Assembly: GCA_965208125.1 (NCBI GenBank)
Contig: OZ242320.1
Location: forward strand, 2,880,001 to 2,944,000
Direction of reading: 5' to 3'
DNA length: 64,000 bases
DNA from: Candidatus Latescibacterota bacterium
GTDB lineage: Bacteria; Latescibacterota; UBA2968
The notes under the pieces are model-generated. The model saw nothing but the letters and a program-made list of their open reading frames with translations, was not told the origin of the DNA and did no database searches. Position 1 is the stretch's first letter; each line of letters starts with the position of its first letter. This document shows, one piece after another, positions 46,537 through 56,235 of the stretch. The translations under genes were made by a program, and so were the position numbers.

Positions 46537-49035
46537 TTACTGGATAATCAGAAAACTGCCCGTCTGAACCTTGCCTTCTTGTCCGGGTACCAGCGATTCT
46601 ACGGCAAAGAAATAAATCCCCGGAGATGCATACGACGTGCCAGAACGCGCTCGCTGAGACCAGCTCACTTCTGCCGTGTGCTGCGCGCCGCGAGTTCCAT
46701 CGTGTACTATCTCCATGACCAGGTCTCCGGCAGCCGTGAAGATCGAAATTCGGGCCAGACGCGGCAGGTTGGTAAATCGCATGCGTTTGTTGTTGTCGCC
46801 CTGTGCCCCAAAGGAATGCACGCCGTCGTCCTTCCACGGATTTGGCACGACAAGCACTTTTTCCTCTAAGGCGTCGAACCCATCTGAGGCAGCCACAACA
46901 GGCGTAAACTGACCGCCGCTTGTGTTGTGTCGCGCAGCCGTCACAATATGGCTCGACTCGGTCCCTGCCCGGATGTGGTTCTGAACCACGGGGGGCAGAT
47001 CTGCAAGTGTTGTCGGGACGGGCATTTGCGCGCCTGGAATCGCGTTTTTCTGCGCATTCAGGTTTTCCCAGTTCGCGTGCCCATTGGCATAGGTTACGAT
47101 ATTATACCGATACCCGAATCCCGTAACAGAGTTCTCATCGGCAAAAGTATAAATCCCGGTGGATGCATCGTAATACCTCGGGTCTTTTGCCTGAATTGTG
47201 GCGATCAGATTCCACGGGCCCGAAGGCGCGCCAGCATGCTGCACGGGATCTGTCTGGATCAGCGCCGTGTTCCCGTAAATTTTGTAACCGGCCACATCCT
47301 GCGCCTCGCCACCCGCATAATCCGGATGCACCGCATCGTCGGCACCGTCGCTCCAGGACAGTTCCACGTTGCCATTTGCATTGCTGCGAAGCAAAACAGC
47401 GCGGTCGGTTTCGGCGCGTGAAATTGATTCCACATCTGGCGGTTGATTGGGCAGGTCAAATCCCATTGCGTACAATTGACGCGCGCGGTCAATGTGGTTG
47501 AACAAAATATCCTCGCCGCCTGGCACCTGTGCCTGCGCGCCTGGCGTCATTGCCCACAGGCGGAAGTCCATCGGCTCACCGCCCGGACCCGCATTTTCGG
47601 CGGCCATACCCGCGGCAAAAACCACCACGATCTTTGCCTTGTCGCCCGGTACCAATTTCCAGGGACCGAACATCTGCGAGTGCAATTGTTCCTGCAGTTC
47701 TCGCTCATCGGGGTTTGGGCCACCCTCAATCGGGTTGTCGTCATAGGGCTTGCCCGGGGTGATAAATTTCTTCCACAATTCATCAACCGTATCAATTGTC
47801 TCATGCGGCTCAAACTCGATATTCGTACGGCTTCGGCGTTTCCACCAGTGTGCAAAAGCGGGCTGATTGCTGGGAATATCCTCGCCTCCCATTGCCGTGC
47901 CCGTAATCGACACATAGACGTCCGGGTCGTTGATAAAGGGCGGTGTCAGATCTACAGGTCCCCAGCCTATGTATTGCGGCGAATACAATTCTTGCTCTGC
48001 GCGATACCCGATCACGCCAATAGCCTCTGCGCCGAACCGGGGTTCTCCCATGTCGTTGTTTGAACTGGTGGGCGCATCGCCATCGTACTGATACGATACC
48101 TTCTTACCGCGGTATTTCCCACCGTAATTGGCGGCCTCGGTAAACTGATATCGGTCGTCTTCCAGGCGCCGCCCCGGCTCGGAAAACCAGTAGCCGTTCC
48201 ACTTGCGATAGGAGTGCCCGGGCTTGTTCACGCTGAAGTAGTTCAAATACCCCATGTAAACTTCTTCATAGGATCGGTTAGAGGTATTCTCTACGACCAG
48301 TTCTACAAAAAAGAAATCGTCGTAATCCGGATGGCTCCATCCATACGCGGTCCGCGTCATCGTCATCCCGGTCCCGTCTGGCTCGATATTCGTATTGCTG
48401 CGCCATCTCGTAATCACGGTCTCTTCTGGAAAGTGATCGAACTGGGGTAGCGTATAGGATCCGTTTTCGCGGTAATTATCCACTTCCACAGGCTCGTCGG
48501 AAATCGGCTTGGACTGCTCGGTAATCCCGCCGCGGTCCGTGTTGAACCACACGTTGGCATCCTGGGTGTCATACCCCAGTCGGGCGGCTACGATCGGCGG
48601 ATCTTGCCCGTTCCGCAAGCGCAAATTGCCCGATCCAGGCGTCAGGTCTGGCACCACCTGCTCCACATCTCCGGTGTTGGACACTGGTCCCGAGGATGTG
48701 ACAAAGGTGTTCCCATTCGCATCCCGCGCGAGTATCCACACCCCCTGGCCCTTCGAGTTGTCGTAGTCCTGGTCTCGACCGCCGAAACTGCCCGATGTCG
48801 AAGATCCCGTATAAATATACGGATATGTCATCGAACCGTTTTCCCGCGCCACATATCCTTCCGACCCCAGGGCAAATGTTCCGCCCTGCTGTCCTGTGTT
48901 GCGAAACGATTCCGACAGCTTTGACCGGTCAATCTGTTTCATTGGCACTGGCTCATCCACCGCCTGAACTCCTGTCACAAATAGTCCAGTCAGAAAAATG
49001 CCCGCAAGCGCCTTACCAATCATTTGTCTAAACAT
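46537..49035 (-). CDS. Secreted protein with FN3-like domain and T9SS-CTD/FlgD-like C-terminus
   Basis: Signal peptide (..VQA|VD); VELSW..DVAGYKIY..YTFAD..GFGYRYNIV; C-terminal VLVVPNPW..RFTNLP..ISIFT.AGDLV..H..W...SPGIYFFAVES..GSFLIIQ; AAGGAG RBS before ATG 49035. Confidence 0.78.
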   Translation of the reverse strand: MFRQMIGKALAGIFLTGLFVTGVQAVDEPVPMKQIDRSKLSESFRNTGQQGGTFALGSEGYVARENGSMTYPYIYTGSSTSGSFGGRDQDYDNSKGQGVWILARDANGNTFVTSSGPVSNTGDVEQVVPDLTPGSGNLRLRNGQDPPIVAARLGYDTQDANVWFNTDRGGITEQSKPISDEPVEVDNYRENGSYTLPQFDHFPEETVITRWRSNTNIEPDGTGMTMTRTAYGWSHPDYDDFFFVELVVENTSNRSYEEVYMGYLNYFSVNKPGHSYRKWNGYWFSEPGRRLEDDRYQFTEAANYGGKYRGKKVSYQYDGDAPTSSNNDMGEPRFGAEAIGVIGYRAEQELYSPQYIGWGPVDLTPPFINDPDVYVSITGTAMGGEDIPSNQPAFAHWWKRRSRTNIEFEPHETIDTVDELWKKFITPGKPYDDNPIEGGPNPDERELQEQLHSQMFGPWKLVPGDKAKIVVVFAAGMAAENAGPGGEPMDFRLWAMTPGAQAQVPGGEDILFNHIDRARQLYAMGFDLPNQPPDVESISRAETDRAVLLRSNANGNVELSWSDGADDAVHPDYAGGEAQDVAGYKIYGNTALIQTDPVQHAGAPSGPWNLIATIQAKDPRYYDASTGIYTFADENSVTGFGYRYNIVTYANGHANWENLNAQKNAIPGAQMPVPTTLADLPPVVQNHIRAGTESSHIVTAARHNTSGGQFTPVVAASDGFDALEEKVLVVPNPWKDDGVHSFGAQGDNNKRMRFTNLPRLARISIFTAAGDLVMEIVHDGTRGAQHTAEVSWSQRARSGTSYASPGIYFFAVESLVPGQEGKVQTGSFLIIQ

Positions 49036-49060
49036 AAATTCACTCCTTATAGAGGCGCCA

Positions 49061-49092
49061 GGATCGGGGAACATGTTCTGATTCCCCGACCC
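49061..49092 (-). other. Intercistronic hairpin
   Basis: Minus strand GGGTCGGGGAA-10 nt-TTCCCCGATCC (11-bp stem with one G-U) immediately after the TBDR stop; no U tract. Confidence 0.55.
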
Positions 49093-49098
49093 ACCGGT

Positions 49099-52000
49099 TT
49101 ACATGCTCGTGCGCACGCCGAAATAGATCTCGCGGGTGCGATTCGTGTAGCTGTTCCACTGATCCCAGATCTGGTTGTTGTCCCGCACCACCACTGGCGT
49201 GGGCTGGTTCTCTGCCAGACCGTATTTGGGTATATCGTGGAAGAAATTCCACCTGCGGATCGGACGCGGCTTTTTGGCATTGAACAAATTGGTCGCCTCA
49301 AAGAATATGGTCGGACGCAATTTTCCAATCCGGAATCCCTTCTGAATGCCCAGATCCGTACGGAATGCCGTTGGATTGGTGTACAACAACTGGTTCCTGA
49401 TCAACTTGTTGGCAGTCGAGGGAGATGGCGTGGGCTGGCTATAGCGGAAGAATGTGCCCGGCTCGATTCGCAGTACCAGGTTCACGTTCAGATCGCTCAG
49501 CACCTTGCTCCCGCCCACCTCTGGACCATATCCTTCGGGCGTGGCAAATAGGAATGTGATGCTTCCATCGCCTGTGGCATCGCGCATGTTGGCAGGACCG
49601 CGCACAGACCCCACGGTAGCTATACGAGCCGCAATATTCCGCTCGTTGGTCCAGGGGAATCCAACCTGTGCATCCGGCACCTGATTGGCGAATTTTTCAG
49701 TAATCCACAATTCCCGATTGGCGTCGATTTCCTGTTGCACCAACTGGTTGGCAAACATGCCAATGGCATCGACTTCGGCACTCGACAGGGGTTGCCAGAT
49801 GCGCTCACCCGTGGTTTGATCGATTTCAAACTTAAAGCGATACGCGTCTTTGGCCAGGAAGTCCGAATCCACATACCAGCGGGATACCCACTCCCGACCG
49901 CCGTAGAAGTTGTTCTGCTCCCAGTACCAACTCCACGTCGCGCGGAATGAGAAGAAATTGGTGAACCGCTTGCTCACGGCCAATTCCAGGCCGCGCGTTT
50001 CGCCGCTGTACGCATTCTGATACCAGTGCGCGCGCTTGATCTGTTTCTCTACCGGGTCGTGCAAGAACGTGTTGTTCTGCTGGAGATAGTCTTCTGTGCG
50101 GCGGTAGAACATCGTCGCATTGGCCGTGTAGTCCGAAACAAAGTTCCAATCGACACCCACTTCGTAATTCACGGTACTGCCCGGACGCGAATTGGTCGAT
50201 CCGCGCTTGGTCGATCCCATTTCCAGGCCGCCGTAATACTCATACGAGCTATATCTGCCGTCCGCGTTCAGGTCTTCGGCTACGCTTCGGCCCGAAGCCG
50301 ACTGCCAGGTTTGTCCATACATCGAATAGAAAATCGGGAGGACGAAGAACCGGCCATAGGAGAAGTGAATCGCAGACCGCGCGGTAATCGGGTGAGATAC
50401 CCCAAAGCGCGGCGATAGTTTGAACATATTCAGACCATCATAAGTGGGGAATGACTGCGGATTGTTGGGATAGGGCGTTTGACCCTGTCGCGCCAACGAC
50501 GCATCTGCATCGGAAAACCAGCGGTTTTGGGGCAGCACTGACCACACGGGTTCGGGACGCGTCTGCCCGCCGTGATTGAACGCATCCAGACGCACGCCCA
50601 CGTTTACGACCATTCCCTCAAACTCCATTTTGTCCTGTGCATAAGCTCCAAGCTGGAATGCCTTTCTCGGGTGATCCCGAAAGGCGTTCCAGGCCGGGTC
50701 GTCGAGATTGCTTGCTCGACTTAAATCGGGGAGTTTAACGCCATTTACAGTCGTGGCGGGTACAAAGTCCATCTGACCATCTGCACCCAGGCGGTTCTGA
50801 GCCGATGCATAGTAGTCGTACATCGACCAGACCCGATAACTGCCCGATGTTCCACGGCTCTGTGACTCCCACTGATAGGTCTGGAACCACGTTGCCTCGG
50901 CACCCGCCTTAAAGAAATTCCCCTTTGTAACCTGACTGGAAAAATCAAATTTCAAATTGTGACGTGTCTGACGGTTCAATCGGTAGTCCAGCACCTCGCG
51001 AGGTGCCGCCGTAAACCACTTGTCGTGGTCTCGAAGCACATTGAACGTCTCTATGGGCATCCCCGATGTGTCCTGCTCGCTGTCTGCACGCGAGATACGC
51101 AACTCGTACAGGGTGCGCGAAGACAGAGAGTGCGTCAAATACGCATACAACATTGAGTTCCATTCGATCTCTTTGCCCGCACCGTCTATGCCCGTGGGTA
51201 AATACAGGTCTCGACCGGCTGACAGTGCCGACTCTCGCGTGTTGCGGAAATTCTGGTTCGTTCCATACACACCACCCAACTTCAGGTTGATATTGGGCTT
51301 TACGCCAAATGTCAGCTTGCCCGTCACCTGATAATTGGGCAGACTCAGAAGCGCGGGGTCGGGACGCTGCACGGGTTGACGATCTGTCTGCGCGCTCACG
51401 TGAAATGAGGTCTTGTCCCCAATGGGACCCGAAATGGATCCTTCAACGCGATGTCCCGATACATCTGTATAATCATCTGGTTGGATATGCACCAGGCGTC
51501 CCGAATCATCCGCTGTGCCAGGCAATCCATCGGCGCCAATATTTTCCTTTTCCTGCAACCAGGCCGGATCGTCCAGGCGGATGCGGCTCTTGCCCGTGCC
51601 CTGGTTCAGGTGGATGATCGGGTCATAGGCATTGAAGCCGTAATGCCGCTTTCCGGGCACCGTGTATCGATACTCGAAGAATCCGTGGTAGTCCCGGCTA
51701 CCCTCTCGCGTCACGATATTGATGATCCCGGCGTCCATATTTCCGTATTCGGCTTCTGGAACACCAGTTACCACAGAGATTTCCTGGATCGATGCGCGGT
51801 TCACACCCGTGAACATATTTGCCGCGCGGCGGTCATTATTCACCATCCGCACACCGTCAACAGTATAGGTGAGTGAAATGGGCTTTGGCGTTGTCGTGTA
51901 CCAGCCCGCACGGCGTTCGCCTTCGTCCATTTGAAAGTTGCCCTGCCGCACTGACCGTCCGTCTTTCTGTACGCCCGGCTGCAAGCCCGCCCACGCCCGA

Positions 52001-52446
52001 GCATCTTTGACCACAGGCTGCAAGTCGATCTCGTCAGCCGTTACATAGTATTTGCTCGCGGTCTTGTCCGGCTCTACGGGTGGACGCTCTGCCGTCACGA
52101 TCAGTTCTTCGGCTTCCAGCGCTGTCTCGGTGAGACTGAAATCCACTGTGGAGGTATAGCCCACCACCACTTTTACATCTTGCTGTACGACCTTCTGGTA
52201 CCCCACCAGCGAGGCTTCCATGCTGTGTGTTCCCGGCAGAACCAGCAAGATGATATAATATCCTTCTGCATCTGCGGTCGCACCCCGGTTTGTTCCCGTG
52301 ATTACGACGTTGGCACCGGGCAAGGGATCGCCTTTTGTATCCATTACCCTGCCAGCTATCTTACCCGTTGTTGCCGCCTGTGCCCAATCCTGTACACCCA
52401 GGATACAGACCAGCACAACGGACAAAATCGATAACTTTCTTATCAT
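49099..52446 (-). CDS. TonB-dependent receptor with N-terminal carboxypeptidase-regulatory-like domain
   Basis: Signal peptide; TGKIAGRV.D..GDPLPGANVVI.GT..GA..D.EGYY, plug YTVDGV..IQEISVVTG..AEYGN...GIINIVTREG, AYAQDKMEF, LSPRFGVSHPI, NLFN, REIYFGV. Confidence 0.92.
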   Translation of the reverse strand: MIRKLSILSVVLVCILGVQDWAQAATTGKIAGRVMDTKGDPLPGANVVITGTNRGATADAEGYYIILLVLPGTHSMEASLVGYQKVVQQDVKVVVGYTSTVDFSLTETALEAEELIVTAERPPVEPDKTASKYYVTADEIDLQPVVKDARAWAGLQPGVQKDGRSVRQGNFQMDEGERRAGWYTTTPKPISLTYTVDGVRMVNNDRRAANMFTGVNRASIQEISVVTGVPEAEYGNMDAGIINIVTREGSRDYHGFFEYRYTVPGKRHYGFNAYDPIIHLNQGTGKSRIRLDDPAWLQEKENIGADGLPGTADDSGRLVHIQPDDYTDVSGHRVEGSISGPIGDKTSFHVSAQTDRQPVQRPDPALLSLPNYQVTGKLTFGVKPNINLKLGGVYGTNQNFRNTRESALSAGRDLYLPTGIDGAGKEIEWNSMLYAYLTHSLSSRTLYELRISRADSEQDTSGMPIETFNVLRDHDKWFTAAPREVLDYRLNRQTRHNLKFDFSSQVTKGNFFKAGAEATWFQTYQWESQSRGTSGSYRVWSMYDYYASAQNRLGADGQMDFVPATTVNGVKLPDLSRASNLDDPAWNAFRDHPRKAFQLGAYAQDKMEFEGMVVNVGVRLDAFNHGGQTRPEPVWSVLPQNRWFSDADASLARQGQTPYPNNPQSFPTYDGLNMFKLSPRFGVSHPITARSAIHFSYGRFFVLPIFYSMYGQTWQSASGRSVAEDLNADGRYSSYEYYGGLEMGSTKRGSTNSRPGSTVNYEVGVDWNFVSDYTANATMFYRRTEDYLQQNNTFLHDPVEKQIKRAHWYQNAYSGETRGLELAVSKRFTNFFSFRATWSWYWEQNNFYGGREWVSRWYVDSDFLAKDAYRFKFEIDQTTGERIWQPLSSAEVDAIGMFANQLVQQEIDANRELWITEKFANQVPDAQVGFPWTNERNIAARIATVGSVRGPANMRDATGDGSITFLFATPEGYGPEVGGSKVLSDLNVNLVLRIEPGTFFRYSQPTPSPSTANKLIRNQLLYTNPTAFRTDLGIQKGFRIGKLRPTIFFEATNLFNAKKPRPIRRWNFFHDIPKYGLAENQPTPVVVRDNNQIWDQWNSYTNRTREIYFGVRTSM

Positions 52447-52483
52447 CTCTATGCCTCCTTATATAAAGGGTTGCTCGTTACAC

Positions 52484-53227
52484 TTACATCACGTAGTATT
52501 TGACCGAAAGTCCGATCTCGAAATAGTGCAGCGGAAAGGTCCGCGCGACGCCATAAGATTCCATCTGGCGCAATTCCCCGATCAGCAGATTCCACCGCGC
52601 CCGCGCATCAACTGCTGCGCGACCACTTGCCAGGACCTCTATACCCAAACCCACGTTGAGACCCCACGCCACATCCGTATCGTCAAACGGCGCCAGTTCC
52701 AATGTCGTATCGATCCCCCCGCCCAGGTTCGGTTGTCCTGCAAAGATCAGGCCCGATACCGAGTTTTTGTAGTGGTAAAATCCACCGCCATAGGTGATGA
52801 AGGGGCTTCCGACCACGCCATCCGAACCACCTGTTCGCGCTTTCAGATGATATAGGCCGTTGATCGTAAACGCATTGACGGTCATGTAATTGCGCGCCAG
52901 CGGGCTTGTGATTCTCTGCCACTCCTCCGGCTTGTCTTCGGGCCAGTAAAAGGTCGCTTCTTGAATTTTGCCGGGATCAAAGCGCGTGCGGTGATATTCC
53001 ACCTCCAGGGTATTGCGCGCATCTCGCGCATAGGTGAAATACAGCCCGAATGCTTCCTGTGCGCGGAAACGATCACTCATGCCGAATACGGGAAAGTTGA
53101 AGTTTCCGCTCAAGCCCAGGCCAACTTTCCCCACTACGCCCGTGTCCTGCCCATGGGCATCGCCATAGCTATTGCCTGGAAACGCGAAGAACATCAAACA
53201 AACTATAGAAATTATCCCTCGTTTCAT
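52484..53227 (-). CDS. Small outer-membrane beta-barrel protein (OmpA/OmpW-like membrane domain)
   Basis: Signal peptide; alternating strands (PFITYGGGFY, WGLNVGLGIE, FEIGLSVKYY); AGGAGG RBS before ATG 53227. Confidence 0.72.
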   Translation of the reverse strand: MKRGIISIVCLMFFAFPGNSYGDAHGQDTGVVGKVGLGLSGNFNFPVFGMSDRFRAQEAFGLYFTYARDARNTLEVEYHRTRFDPGKIQEATFYWPEDKPEEWQRITSPLARNYMTVNAFTINGLYHLKARTGGSDGVVGSPFITYGGGFYHYKNSVSGLIFAGQPNLGGGIDTTLELAPFDDTDVAWGLNVGLGIEVLASGRAAVDARARWNLLIGELRQMESYGVARTFPLHYFEIGLSVKYYVM

Positions 53228-53348
53228 ACGCAACCCTCCTTGTGACATCCACTCAATGCGAGTGGGGTTAATTGCTGTAAAACGCTAATTATTTTTATAG
53301 CTAATAAAAGCATGACTCAAAAACAAATATAAATGATAATTGTGATAA

Positions 53349-53398
53349 TGGTAAGTATTAGCTTACCAGAATCTAAAACGCCTGTACTCAGATGTCAA
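53349..53398 (-). promoter_or_regulatory. Sigma-70 promoter with overlapping palindromic operator for the OMP-TBDR-CTD-PorV operon
   Basis: Minus strand TTGACA-17 nt-TAGATT (53398-53370), directly followed by TGGTAAG-N6-CTTACCA (53349-53368) covering the expected start site. Confidence 0.68.
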
Positions 53399-53621
53399 GC
53401 GGTTTCGGTACAAAAAATTTTGCATTTTGCAGAATGGGAATCAAAGGTGATTTGAATAGCGTTCACATAACCTGCAACGCTGTACAGGGTGTGTGCGTAA
53501 GGATGGGGCTTTTGAGGTAGGATGCAAGGCGGAAGACGGACTCACATCCTGTATGTGATGAGTTTAACTGATAGGATTTTGTAACATAATTTTTGTGATA
53601 GATTATTTGAATTACTGCGTC

Positions 53622-56228
53622 TCAACGAATCCCAAAGGTCGTTTTTTTCCTCACCTGCACGCCACTTACCAGATCTTCTACGGTTACCTGCACCTCATGG
53701 TCGCCTTTTCCGGCTCCGTCGAGATTTAGTTCCACATAAGAGAGGCCCTCTGTGGTATTTCCGACCTGGTCATAGGTCACGCTCACGCCCTGTTCCCCTT
53801 CCTCTTTCCCCAGCAAACGACCCAGTCCAGCCAGGACGCGGGCACCCCGGCTTTTCAGGTCTTTGGATTGGATGTCATAGGTCACGCGGTAATGCGTTTG
53901 TCCAAATTCATCTCTGCTCAGGTGATAGATTTCAAAATAGAGAAAGGCCGGATGTTTTTCCGGGAATGCCCATACCGACATGGGCATTATGTTCAAACCT
54001 TGTTTGACAAAAGCACCTTCTGACGGTGCCTCATCTGAGATTGACCAGGCCAACTCGATGTCGCTCAAATTCAAGTCGGCTCTGGAATAGTCTTCCAATA
54101 TTATCTGTTGTTGGTATATCTGAAACCGCCGCGTTTCCGCCTCCCGAACCCGCAGGCCGAGTTCATAAGTTCCCGGCGGTGCTTCTATGGCGGCTATATC
54201 CAGTACCAGGTTTTGCCATCCCCGAGATGTATCGACAGAGGTTTGTAAAAAGGTTTCATCGAGGAAAAATTTCCGTTCGTCCCGGTAGGTTTGATCCACT
54301 GCGGGGTCTGTTAGTGCCGCACTGCGCATGACCCATGTGCCCTCCTGCTTTTTGAGCAGTGAATCCGGTGGGATGCCGCTGTAGATTTCCAGGCGTGTGC
54401 GGCCGTCTTTTCCCTTAAAGCTGGCCGTGCGGTACCAGAAATCCAGAGGTTGGGCACCCCGGGCAAAGTCGTGAAAGTCGGGTATCCGTCCGGCCATTTT
54501 GTTTACGACCAGTTCTGGAGAATGGTACAGAAAATCCGTGAGGTCTCGCACGGCGACATAACGCTCTTTTAATTCGTTGGGTACATGCGTGGGTACGGGT
54601 GCAAACTCGAAATTGCCCTGAAAATACTCGTCGGTAAATGTGACCTCCAGGCCCTCAGCGACCATGGTATATACCCATGATTCCCAGGGTACAATGCTGG
54701 CGTCTTCGCGGTTGGTGACTGGCATGAATAAGCCCATCGCCTGCTCGACAAACCGCTCCTGGCGCACCCGCGACGGCGAGAAGCTCAAATCGCCCGTGTT
54801 CACATCGCCCAGTGCGGCGAGGGTTTGCTCTTGATCCACAATTCGGTTTACCTGGTCGCCTTCGCCCGCGTCTGCAGCCTGTACTCGTTCCGACAATTCG
54901 GTACGTTCGGCATCCTGGGCGTCTTCCAGCAAAAATATGAGTTGGATCTCTTCCGAGGTTAAACCCAGGTCCTGGGGATCGGGTGCTTTGACGCTGAAAG
55001 CCCGGTTGCTGCGAACGGGATATACCGGTCCCGTGAAAAATTCGCCCACGGCGTCCGGTCCGTAGAGATCTACGGCCATCCGCTCTTTAATGCGCTGTGC
55101 TTTGGCCGGCATGTCGGCATTCAGGCGGTCGGATGTTGATCGATAATCGGGTTCGCCGTAGCGGATGTACACTTCGCCCCGTCGGTCCCAGGGATATATG
55201 GCTTTTGAAAAGTGCGTGCGTACGTGCCAGACCCGGCGGTAGTGCTCGGCCTGGCGCAAAAATCCGCCGGATACGCGCGATAGGTCGTGCCGAATCCAGA
55301 AGCGGCGCAGAAAGGCTTCGCGTTCTATAGCCGATGTGACTCTGGCATAGGATTCCAGTTCGGGTATGGAGGCCAATAAAGAAATATCCCGGTAGAGTGC
55401 TGCTTCTGCGGCATCGAGAAGGGTGATGTAATTGCGAAAGATGCGTACGGCTCGTTCGCCATCGCCTTCATAGAGAAAGACCTGGGCTATCAGAGGCAAA
55501 AAACGGCGCTCTTCGGCTGCATTGCCCAAATGGGTCAACAGGTCTCGCAACTCGGCGAACTGCTCGTTCATGGCGTAAATTACGCCCAACTGATAGGCGA
55601 CATCCAGGTTTTCGGGGGCCTGCTGCATACAGCGTTCGTACAGGTTGATTACCCGATCCCATTCGTCCTTTTTTTTGTGGTGTTCCGCCATGATTTTGCA
55701 GGCTGCGATATCTGTTGAGTCGCGCTCAAGTGCCCGTTCAGAAGCCCGTTTCAAAGATCGGTCCTCTTGCAGGAGTTGCACGAGGTCGAGGTGATAGCGT
55801 ATTTTCTGCGATTGGGGCGCGAGAGCGATTGCTTTTTCAAAATGTGCCCGTGCCCCGCGGATATCCTCCTTCTGGTAGAGTGCAATCTGCCCCAGTCCGT
55901 CGTGCGCTTCTGCGAGATCTGGATTTAAGCTCAGTGCCTTTTCAAATGCCTGCCTGGCTTTTTTCCATTGTTTTTTTCGTTCGCGGGATTCCAGATATGC
56001 CGTGCCCAGGCGAGCGTGTCCTTCTGCCAGTTCCGGATCCAGGTGTACCGCTTCTTGCAACAGATCTATTGCGTGTCGCGCACTGTTCATCTCAATCCGT
56101 ACATCGGCAGCCAGCATCAGAGAGTCCGACCGGGTCATCAGGGTTATGAAGGGCTGTTCTGCCTGTGCTCCGTATGTAATCAGGACGAGGTATATGGGAA
56201 TCAGTCGAATTGCAAGATGATTTTTCAT
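53622..56228 (-). CDS. Secreted TPR + GWxTD-like domain protein (paralogue 3)
   Basis: Signal peptide, TPRs, FLRRFWIRHD..EHYRRVWHVRTHF..PWDRRGEVYIRYGEPD, VPWESWVY, FLYFEIYHL. Confidence 0.85.
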   Translation of the reverse strand: MKNHLAIRLIPIYLVLITYGAQAEQPFITLMTRSDSLMLAADVRIEMNSARHAIDLLQEAVHLDPELAEGHARLGTAYLESRERKKQWKKARQAFEKALSLNPDLAEAHDGLGQIALYQKEDIRGARAHFEKAIALAPQSQKIRYHLDLVQLLQEDRSLKRASERALERDSTDIAACKIMAEHHKKKDEWDRVINLYERCMQQAPENLDVAYQLGVIYAMNEQFAELRDLLTHLGNAAEERRFLPLIAQVFLYEGDGERAVRIFRNYITLLDAAEAALYRDISLLASIPELESYARVTSAIEREAFLRRFWIRHDLSRVSGGFLRQAEHYRRVWHVRTHFSKAIYPWDRRGEVYIRYGEPDYRSTSDRLNADMPAKAQRIKERMAVDLYGPDAVGEFFTGPVYPVRSNRAFSVKAPDPQDLGLTSEEIQLIFLLEDAQDAERTELSERVQAADAGEGDQVNRIVDQEQTLAALGDVNTGDLSFSPSRVRQERFVEQAMGLFMPVTNREDASIVPWESWVYTMVAEGLEVTFTDEYFQGNFEFAPVPTHVPNELKERYVAVRDLTDFLYHSPELVVNKMAGRIPDFHDFARGAQPLDFWYRTASFKGKDGRTRLEIYSGIPPDSLLKKQEGTWVMRSAALTDPAVDQTYRDERKFFLDETFLQTSVDTSRGWQNLVLDIAAIEAPPGTYELGLRVREAETRRFQIYQQQIILEDYSRADLNLSDIELAWSISDEAPSEGAFVKQGLNIMPMSVWAFPEKHPAFLYFEIYHLSRDEFGQTHYRVTYDIQSKDLKSRGARVLAGLGRLLGKEEGEQGVSVTYDQVGNTTEGLSYVELNLDGAGKGDHEVQVTVEDLVSGVQVRKKTTFGIR

Positions 56229-56235
56229 TGCGCCC

